DNA of 50,024 bases from Squalus acanthias (lineage: Eukaryota), in the NCBI GenBank assembly GCA_030390025.1, contig JASTWF010000358.1:434001-484024 (forward strand). The letters run 5' to 3'. The position numbers were made by a program, and so were the translations under genes. Shown here piece after piece: positions 1-8,639 of the stretch. Within the stretch, counting starts at the first letter, position 1. Every line of letters begins with the position of its first letter. The notes beneath the pieces are model-generated. The model was given only the letters and a program-made list of their open reading frames with translations. It was not told the DNA's origin and did no database searches.

Positions 1-2
1 GG

Positions 3-2123
3 GTTTGCCTACCAAGAGACTTCTTTAATGTAAGGATCATCGCACCCAGGATCAGCGTCACCGTCGGCAAACGGATTTGTTTGACTTGTAGTGGGAATGT
101 CCCATTGAGCCGATGGTGGTGGCTGTGAAAGCTGAGCAAAAACATGAGGAACTCTTCGGTCGAGTGGGAACGACTGGGTAATAATACCCATCGGACAATT
201 ACGGGGACAAACGGACAAGTGAGAGTCTGTTGGGACAAATGGTGGGAACCGGATGAGGGAATTTATGTATGTATGTGGGGGTCAAAGTACGCTTGCCCCA
301 AAGGCATCTCCATATTTTTCATTAATCAATGGCAGGATAACGGACAGGGGATGAGGTGGGATGCGAGCACCAGGGGGTGCGGAGCCCCATACTCTTCGAT
401 CCCGGTAAATGCCACTGAACTCATTACGCGCCCACGCAAAGCCCCGCCCACGATTCCGGTGGTTCTAGCTAAAGAGGAAGGGTGCCCTAAAACTAGTAAG
501 GGACCCGGGAATGGTTTGGTACTGGTCCCCACAGACCAGATACTATTTCAGGGGGTACATTACGCGGTGGCCTCGGTGATTTTAAATCTCACCGAGGTGC
601 GGTTACCAGAGTGGTGCCCCAAAAAGACGGAACAGTTGTATCAGGTCCTGTTGACCAAGATGTTCAGACAATTTTACGAATTCGATTTCGCGGAAATTGA
701 TAAAACAAGTTTGTAGACTGCACCACATGAAGTTTTTGATCAAGTGGGGAGGCGAAGAAGGGGTGTTGTGAATGATGCGTTCACTGCTTTTAACACGGGT
801 ACATCTGTGGTCAACGCTCTAGACAGTGTGGAGCTGCAGACCCAGATTAATGGTTTAAAGACGCAATTAAAAGACATTCTAACAGATGAAAATAAGGTGG
901 TTGGGTCGGGTTTACACGAGGACCAAGCCATGACTCTCCATTTAAAGGAAATTATAGCAGAGCTAGAGAAACACGCGAGAACGGTAAATGCCCTGATTAG
1001 GGAAGATCGTAATGCATCCGATCAAGCTGCGCAGAACGAGGTGTGCGTGCTTTACGGGGCGTGGTTACTGGGCGAGGGCCGCAGTAATTTGGAGGATTTA
1101 AAACAAGGTTTGGTCCCGTCCTGGATAAGTAACAAACACCTGCGGGCGCTCCACCCTTTTCAGAACGCATTAAGCCCGTGCCAGCTCAGGCTAGCTTCAG
1201 AAGCATACCCAGTCCCCGTGGACTGCGGACGAGCAAACCATACTATCATGGGTATAGTACTACGTATGCCGGTTTTGGGCGACACAGCAAAGCCCGCCCC
1301 GGTGTATCGGGTAGAGAACATAGGTGTCATTCAGGTGGGAGCCCACATTCGCTATGCAGCGGTTCCACCCTACGTCATCCGCTGGGAGCAAACGATGACA
1401 GGTACAGATCTCTCTGGTTGTCGTGGCAGGGGAGCACACATAATCCTGTGTCCCCAGCACTTGAATGCCTTTTTAACACCACAGTGCGGGTTCAGAACGG
1501 CTGGCGCCAAGTCCATGAATTGCACCATGGAGGCAATGGCACAAGATCATGTGCCTCCGCAGGTAGCATACATCGGGGGTGGAACATATTGTGTTACCAC
1601 TGCAGCGCAACACTACCAGCATGGAAACCGTAGCCGGTGTCCGGTGAGTGACAGCAGTTTCTGTTTCAAACCCAGGGCGGAAGTTCAAGTAGCACAACAG
1701 CGAATTGTCCCAATCCCTGAACCATCCACGGTTCATCTCACCGAAAAAGAGAACTTCACCGACCCGCAGCGATTCATCGCGCATTTCGGATACCTCATTC
1801 CCCCTCTCCCTGAACACCTCACCAAACTTTTGAAAGCCGTCGCGGTGTCACAAAAACATTTTTACACACTAGAGCAGAAAACTGTCGAAATAGGGACAGA
1901 CATTCTGGACATAGTAATTCCACCGTGGTGGAATCTGTTCACCAACATTGAAGTGCCTTCATGGATCAGAATAGCCTCCCACATTTTAGTTGTATGCCAA
2001 GTGTTTATTGTCGTGTACCTATTGGTCGTACATTGTAAGAGAGGCAAACGCCTCACCAAGCACGAAAACACGGGAGAGTGGCGAGAACGTTACGTGCGCG
2101 TGCACGACGAAAGCACCGTGTAA
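3..2123 (+). pseudogene. env: Env-like class I fusion glycoprotein of an endogenous retrovirus/LTR element (paramyxovirus-F-like, lokiretrovirus-like); 5'-truncated by the window and disrupted by two in-frame stops
   Basis: Frame +3 is continuous from 3 to TAA 2121-2123 except for TGA 126-128 and TAG 714-716, so ORFs 144..716 and 744..2123 are in the same frame. Furin site RRRR at 750-761, then a fusion-peptide-like GVVNDAFTAFNTGTSVVNAL, a heptad repeat (LQTQINGLKTQLKDIL), a long Cys-rich ectodomain (DLSGC..ILCP..CGF..NCT..YCV..CP..FC), a second heptad, Trp-rich PPWWNLF, a TM helix at ~1971-2036 and a short tail. It lies directly upstream of a PPT and LTR. Confidence 0.85.
51..290 (+). other. 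Immunoglobulin-like (V/I-set-like) domain in the N-terminal part of the env frame
   Basis: Translation ISVTVGKRICLTC(87-89)SGNVPLSRWWWL*K...QVRVCWDKWWEPDEGIYVC(270-272). It shows a V-x-x-G-x-x-I-x-L-x-C strand, Trp 9-11 residues after the Cys, a D-x-G-x-Y-x-C motif, and Cys-Cys spacing of 61 aa. Confidence 0.65.
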
Positions 2124-2560
2124 TCGGAAAATGGCGTCACTCCCGTTTGCCACGTGCGCCTCGGAAGTGTTGTAATCGATCGTGATTTTTCAGAAACTGT
2201 AAATACGTTTGGAACTCGACATGTTTTAAGAGTTGGTGTTGATTATTTTGGTGATGGTGTTTGTTGTTGAAGATGATTGTTTGGTTTTGTTTTGTTTTTC
2301 CTTTCCCTAAATAAAAATATGAATGTACAGGTGATACGAGAGGCATCGGCCTGGCTACGCCTGGAAGGAAAACAAGTGGTGTAAGTTTGAAGGCAAATAA
2401 TGCCTACGGTGCTATAAAATGTAATTTTCTTGGGAAATAAGGACGACAGAAAGACCCTAGATAGTTTAAGTTAGGGGATTAAATTTTCTGGATCTGGAGA
2501 AATCGAGATAATATTGCTCACCACAATATTTTTGATACGATAAGCGGAGTTATTCGCATC

Positions 2561-2572
2561 AACAGGAGGGAC
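2561..2572 (+). promoter_or_regulatory. Polypurine tract (PPT) of the LTR element
   Basis: AACAGGAGGGAC immediately precedes TGTAG at 2573, about 440 bp after the env stop. Confidence 0.6.
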
Positions 2573-3174
2573 TGTAGAATTCGCAATATATCGCAATTTT
2601 ATAAATAAGGAGAAAAACACATAGTTTCGTTCAAACAGCTTTTATTTCAGCAGAATGCTGTCAGGTTTTCAAAGTGGACACAAGCAGCTTGTAAAATGGC
2701 TGCCACGCCTCGTGGCAGAACATTCTAGACTTTTCGACAGGCAGACAAGATGGCGTTCCAATAAACATTTGTGCAAGATCGATCAAGACTCAGCACATTT
2801 AAGATAATACACGAGACATCATGGGTTTGCAGTATACACATAAATACTGAGATCGGTCTCCCAGGTGCGAATAAGGGCTATTGTACCAAGTAATCAAGAA
2901 CCCATCCAAAGACATTAATATGCAAAATCCCAACGACTCTACGATGAGAGAGCCGCTAGCGGGTAGTTACAGAAAACATTTGGAAGCCCCAAAACCCCTC
3001 CAGGGAGAACACCGACCGATTAAACAATGGGAAAAGTATTAACAGGTACTCAAACAATTACGAGTATCCCCGAAACCCATTAAAACGGAGATCACCCTAT
3101 ACAAGAAATTTGAGCGCCAAACCCGAACAAAAGAAAAGACATTAAGGTTGGGCGGGAAAAGGAAGATTTTGCAC

Positions 3175-3180
3175 TATAAC
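3175..3180 (+). promoter_or_regulatory. Putative LTR TATA box (U3/R boundary shortly downstream)
   Basis: TATAAC preceded by a GGGCGG GC-box-like motif (~3150) and followed by a shift to pyrimidine-rich sequence. Confidence 0.45.
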
Positions 3181-4046
3181 TGCAAGCTCCAACCGTCCAT
3201 CTTTCTCTTATTCGGTTGACTCTTATTCTCTTGTCCTGCTGGCGTTTATCCTCGTGGCTGCTCCTGTGCTCTTATCCTTTCGACTCCTTGCCGCCTGCCT
3301 CGTGTCTCTGCCTCTTGCAGCTTTTAAAGACTGTTGAACTTTACGATCCGCTCGGATCTACCTCGTGGCGTGCCGCGAAGATCTGTGTGGAACTGGGCTG
3401 TGAAGCCTTCAAGCGGGCGCACCATCCCGAGAAGTCGGTAAACGGTGTTGGAACCGAAGGCCCGAGATGAGATGAGATGAGATGAGAAGAGAAGAAGACC
3501 ATACGTATCGCCACGGTCAGTAAGCTCCGACCGCGCCTGTAGGTCGAATAGACACTTTCCTTGCCCAGGAAGACTATCTTTTGAGTTTTATAGAACTGGC
3601 ACAGGAAGACTATTCTTCGAATTTTATCAGGGCGAGGGCAAAGGAAGACTCTTCTTTGAGCAGTGTCGGAACTCCGAGGACAACACAGATCTTCATGACA
3701 GCAGACGTTCCAGCCTGCTAGCCGGAGCAGAAACGAGTAAACAAGTGGGGTACAGAGACCCCTGATCGACACGTGGGTGCTGCGGTGAAAAACATCCGAT
3801 CAGAGTTTTCGGAATTCTCCGAGTTATCACGAGTGGTGAGCATGAGTCTCGATCCTACAAATCTAGCTTAGGGCAGATATTGATAGGGGAGGGTTTAAGT
3901 TTTAAGGATAATTGTAATGTGTGCCCCCATTTATGATGTGTCGTTCGTTCCTCGTTTCCCTGAAATTAGTTACATAACTGCGTGTAAGATTGTACTGTCA
4001 TTAATCTGTGCTTATGACATGTATTTCATAATCTTAAATACTATGC

Positions 4047-4052
4047 AATAAA
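4047..4052 (+). terminator. Putative LTR polyadenylation signal
   Basis: AATAAA about 235 bp before the LTR 3' end, after an AT-rich tract. Confidence 0.55.
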
Positions 4053-4297
4053 GATTTTCCATTTCGTACCATTCATCCGGGTCTACCTGAGTTTTATCTC
4101 CATTACTGCTCTCGCATCTAAGTCCAGTGTCAGAACCGTAAGGGCGAGTGGGTTGAACCACTCACAGGTGTCTAGTGCTCCCAGACTGGCTGGAGACCAG
4201 AACAGGCAACAAGGCCTAAACCCGCACTAGCATCCAGGCTGCACAGAGCCACACGAATCTCACAGGTTCAGAGAGAAAACCCTTCACCACCATTTTC

Positions 4298-4876
4298 TGT
4301 AAGGGTTTTCTCTCTGAACCTGTGAGATTTGTGTGGCTCTGTGCAGCCTGGATGCTAGTGCGGGTTTAGGCCTTGTTGCCTGTTCTCGTCTCCAGCCAGT
4401 CTGGGAGCACTAGACACCTGTGAGTGGTTCGACCCACTCGCCCTTACGGTTCTGACACTGGACTTAGATGCGAGAGCAGTAATGGAGATAAAACTCAGGT
4501 AGACCCGGTTGAATGGTACGAAATGGAAAATCTTTATTGCATAGTATTTAAGATTACGAAATACATGTCATAAGCACAGATTAATGACAGTACAATCTTA
4601 CACGCAGTTATGTAACTAATTTCAGGGAAACGAGGAACGAACGACACATCGTAAATGGGGGCACACATTACAATTATCCTTAAAACTTAAACCCTCCCCT
4701 ATCAATATCTGCCCTAAGCTAGATTTGTAGGATCGAGACTCATGCTCACCACTCGTGATAACTCGGAGAATTCCGAAAACTCTGATCGGATGTTTTTCAC
4801 CGCAGCACCCACGTGTCGATCAGGGGTCTCTGTACCCCACTTGTTTACTGGTTTCTGCTCCGGCTAGCAGGCTGGA
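4298..4876 (-). mobile_element. Inverted partial LTR (3' R/U5 part), tail-to-tail with the full LTR
   Basis: 4301-4876 is the reverse complement of 3709-4284 (576 bp each, about 7 substitutions seen by eye). It carries an intact TACA terminus (TGTA at 4298-4301 on +). Confidence 0.95.
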
Positions 4877-7036
4877 CCCCTACCCAGTCCAGGGGATCTC
4901 AGAGCGCCGACCCCTACCCAGTCCAGGAGATCTCAGAGCGACGATTCCTCCCCAGTCCAGGGGGTCACAGAGCGACGAACCCTCCCCATTCCAGGGGGTC
5001 ACAGAGCGACGAACCCTCCCCATTCCAGGGGGTCGCAGAGCGAGGACCCCTCCCCATTCCAGGGGGACTCAGAGCGAGGACTGCTCTTCAGTCCACTGGG
5101 CCTCAGAGCGAGGACACCCCCTAGTCCAGGGGCTCTCTGTGCGAGTTCCCCTCCCCAGTCCAGGGGGTCTCTGTGCGAGGACCCCTCCCCAGTCCAGGGG
5201 TCTCTGAGCGAGGATCCCGACCCAGTTCAACGGGTCTCTGAGCGAAGACCCCTCCGCAGTCCAGGGGGTGCATGTGCGAGGACCCCTTCCCAGTCCAGGG
5301 GGTCTCAGAGCGAGGACCACCCCCCCAGTCCAGGGTGTCTCTGAGCGAGGATCCCACCCCAGTTCAACGGGTCTCTTAGCGAGGACCAGTCCCCAGTCCA
5401 GGAGGTTTCTGTTCAAGGACCCCTTCCCAGTCCAGGGGGTCTCAGAACGATGACCATTCCCCACTCCAGGGGATCTCAGAGCGAGGACCCCTCCCCAGTC
5501 CAGGGGGTCTCAGAGCAATTGCCCCTCCCCAGTCCAGATCGTTTCCGTGTGAGGAACCCCTTCCCAGTCCAGTGGGCCTCAGAGTGAAGACACCCCCTAG
5601 TCCAGGGAGTCTCTGAGCGAGGATACCACTCCAGTTCAACGGGTCTCTTGGCGAGGACCACTCAACAGTCCAGGGGGTTTCTGTTCGAGGACCCCTTCCC
5701 AGTCCAGGGGGTCTCAGAGCGAGGACCCCTCCCCAGTCCAGTGGGCCTCAGAGTGGAGACATGCCCTAATCATGCTGATCTCTGTGCATGGACCCCTTCC
5801 CAGTCCAGGGGGTCTCAGAGAAATGACCATTCCCTAGTCCAGATTGTTTCTGCACGAGGACCCCACCCCAGACCAGTGAGTCTCTGTGCGAGGGCCCCTC
5901 CCCTGCCCTGGGGGTCTCAGAGCAAGGACACCTCCCCATTCCAGGGTGTCCCTGAGCGAGGACCCCCTCCCCAGGCCAGGGGGTCTCAGAGCAAAAAACA
6001 CCCCCCAGACCGGGATGTCTATGTGCGAGGATGCCTCTCCAGTCCAGGGGTTCCCAGAGCAGGGACCCCCACCACCAGAGCAGGGGGACTCTGTGTGAGG
6101 ACCCCTCCCCAGACTAGGGGTTCTCAGCGTGAAGACCCCCCAGTCAAGGGCATCTCAGAGCGAGGACCCTTCCCCAGACTAGGGGGTCTCAGAGCGATTA
6201 CCCGTCCCAGTCCAGGGGGTCTCAGAGCGACGAACCCTCCCCTGTCCAGGGAGTGTCTGTGCGTGGATCCCTTCCCAGTCCAGTGGGCCTCAGAGCGAGT
6301 ACCCCTCCCCAGCCGAAGGGGTCTCGGTGCGATGATGCATCCCCAGACCAGGGCGTCTCTTTGCAAGGACCCCTCCCCAGTCCAGGGGGTCTCCGTGCGA
6401 GGTCCCCTCCCCCACCTGGGGGTCTCTCGGCGAGGACCCCTCCCCAGTCCAGTTGATCTCAGAGCGAGAAACCCTCCCCAGTCCAGGGGGTCTCAGCGCG
6501 CCGACCCCTCCCCAGTTCAGGGGGTCTCCGTGCGAGGTCCCCTCCCCAGTCTAGCAGATCACAGAGCGAGGACCCCTCCACATTCCAGGGCGTCTCAGAG
6601 AGATGACCCCACCAGACCAAGGGATCTATGTGCGAGGACCACTCCCCAGTCCAGGGGGTTACAGAGTGACGACCCCGTCCCAGTCCAGGTGGTCTCAGAG
6701 CGAGGACCCTTCCCCAGTCCAGGGATTCTCAGAGCGAGGACCCCCCCAGACCAGCTGGTCTCTGCGCGAGGACCCTTCCCCAGTCCTGGGGGTCTCAACG
6801 CGAGGACCCCTCCCCAGTCCAGGGGGTCTCAGTGCGAGGACCCCTCCCCAGTCCTGGGGGTCTCAACGCGAGGACCCCTCCAGTCCAGGGGGTCTCAGTG
6901 CGAGGACCCCTCCCCAGTCCGGGGGTCTCAGAGCGAGGGGCCCTCTCCAGTCCAGGGATTCGCAGAGCGAGGACACCCCCAGACCAGCTGGTCTCTGTTC
7001 GAGGATCCCACCCCAGTCCAGGGGGTTCTTAGCGAG
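4877..7036. repeat. ~34 bp GC-rich minisatellite, left block (consensus GGACCCCTCCCCAGTCCAGGGGGTCTCAGAGCGA)
   Basis: Dozens of diverged tandem copies are visible directly. Confidence 0.95.
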
Positions 7037-7382
7037 CGCCCAGACTCACGGCAGCAGAGGCAGCAAGAGCAGCCCTGGGTGGAGACCGAGCGCAGAGACC
7101 AAGGATTTAAAGAGCGGGGGAGAGAGAGAGAGCGGCCCAGACTCACCGGCAGCGGGAGCGGCCCTGGGTGGAGACCGAGCGCAGAGACTGAGTGCGGTTT
7201 AAACAGAGTGCTGCGAGTTGGGTGAGTCAGGGAGTTAGGTGAGGAGTGGAAGGAGAAGCTCCCTTGCTTTGCCTTTGTTTTTCCTAACTTTTCACCCTGT
7301 AGGAATTGGTTCTTTCTTTACACGAAGGAAAGAGTCCGAGAGCGGAAGCAGTCAAACAACAACAACTGCGAAACCGCTAAAG

Positions 7383-7390
7383 TGACGTCA
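7383..7390 (+). promoter_or_regulatory. Perfect CRE palindrome in the CR1 5' UTR
   Basis: TGACGTCA at 7383-7390; function is not shown. Confidence 0.35.
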
Positions 7391-7561
7391 CAACCAGGGA
7401 AGGAGCTGATTTGTAAGTAGGACCTGGTGAGTATTTCTACAGACCAGTCGTTGAAGTAAAAGTAAGGTCACTAGTTTAGAGTAAGTAGTGTTTAAAGGGA
7501 AGTAAGGTCTCCAGTGTATTTAATATTCTTTAATTTAAAGGGAGTAAATTAAGGGTAGGAC

Positions 7562-8508
7562 ATGGCAGGGCAGCTGGGCAGCGTGGAGTGCTCCTCCTGT
7601 GCTATGTTGGAAGTCAGGGACACTTTAGGTGTCCAGGGTGAACACATGTGCAGGAAGTGTTTCCAGCTGCAGCTACTCGAAATCCGCGTTTCGGAGCTGG
7701 AGCTGCGGCTGGAGTCACTGTGGAGCATCCGCGAAGCTGAGCTCTTCATAGATAGCACGTTTAACAAGGTGGTCACACAGCAGATAAAGAGTGCACAGGC
7801 GAATGGGTGACCACCAGACAGAGTAAAAGAACTAGGAAGGTAGTGCAGGAGTCCCCTGGGTCCATCTCCCTCTCCAACAGATTTTCCATTTTGGATACTG
7901 CTGGGGGAGATGGTTTCTCAGGGGAATGCAGCAAGAGCCAAGTCCGTGGCACTACGAGTGGCTCAGCTGCACAGGAGGGGAGGAAAAAGAGTGGGAGAGC
8001 AATAGTGATAGGGAATTCTATCATAAGGGGAAAAGATAGATGTTTCTGTGTCCACAGACGTGACTCCAGGATGATATGTTGCATCCCTGGTGCCAGGGTC
8101 AAGTATGTCACTGAACGGCTGCAGGGCATTCTGAAGGGGGAGGGCGAATAGTCAGAGGTCGTGGTTCACATTGGTACCAATGACATGGGTAGAAAGAGGG
8201 ATGAGGTCCTGCAACAAGAATTTAAGGAGCTAGATAGCAGATTAAAAAGCAGGACCTCAAAGGTTGTAATCTCTGGATTACTCCCGGTGCCATGTGCTAG
8301 TGAGTATAGGAATAGAAGGATAGAGCAGATGAATGCGTGGCTAAAGAGTTGGTGCAGGCGGGAGGCCTTTAGTTTCCTGGATCACTGGGTCTGCTTCTGG
8401 GGAAGGTGGGACCTGTACAAGTCGGACGGGTTGCACCTGAACCGGAACGGGACCAACATCCTTGCGGGGAGGTTTGCTTGTACTGTTGGGGGGGGGGGGG
8501 GGGGTTAA
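7562..8508 (+). pseudogene. CR1 ORF1: zinc finger, coiled coil and SGNH/GDSL esterase-like domain
   Basis: CSSC...CRKC, then LQLLEIRVSELELRLESL, then VIGNSIIR, PGA, HIGTND and DGLH blocks. Frameshift near 7805, stop at 8149-8151, poly-G run at ~8488-8504. Confidence 0.9.
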
Positions 8509-8639
8509 ACTAACTCGGCAGGGGGATGGGATACAGAGTGGAGCTATAGTAGGGGGTGATGCACAGCCAAATATAGAGGAAAAAACAAGTCAGCCTGGAA
8601 GGCAGAGCAAATATGTAGCGGCGCAAGGGAGTATGGCAA

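Larger units (their letters stand above)
2573..4286 (+). mobile_element. 3' LTR (~1.7 kb) of the endogenous retrovirus
   Basis: Starts TGTA right after the PPT and ends ...AAAACCCTTCA. The inverted copy ends ...AAAACCCTTACA, giving TGTA...TACA termini. Contains a TATA-like site at 3175 and AATAAA at 4047. Confidence 0.75.

Noticed and set aside
714..716. Programmed stop-codon readthrough at the env TAG
   Set aside because: No known readthrough context (TAG ACT GCA), and a second stop in the same frame points to ordinary decay.
1178..1817. Overlapping alternative-frame and antisense ORFs in env
   Set aside because: Shadow ORFs with no independent coding signal.
3216..3772. ORFs within the LTR (3216..3470 +, 3341..3772 -) as accessory or antisense genes
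   Set aside because: Non-ATG starts, no recognisable motifs, and a microsatellite within the frame. Conservation across copies would be needed.
4755..7225. Pro/Gly/Arg-rich ORFs (e.g. 5648..7225, 525 aa), and likewise 11427..12613
   Set aside because: Translations of the 34 bp minisatellite in several overlapping frames.
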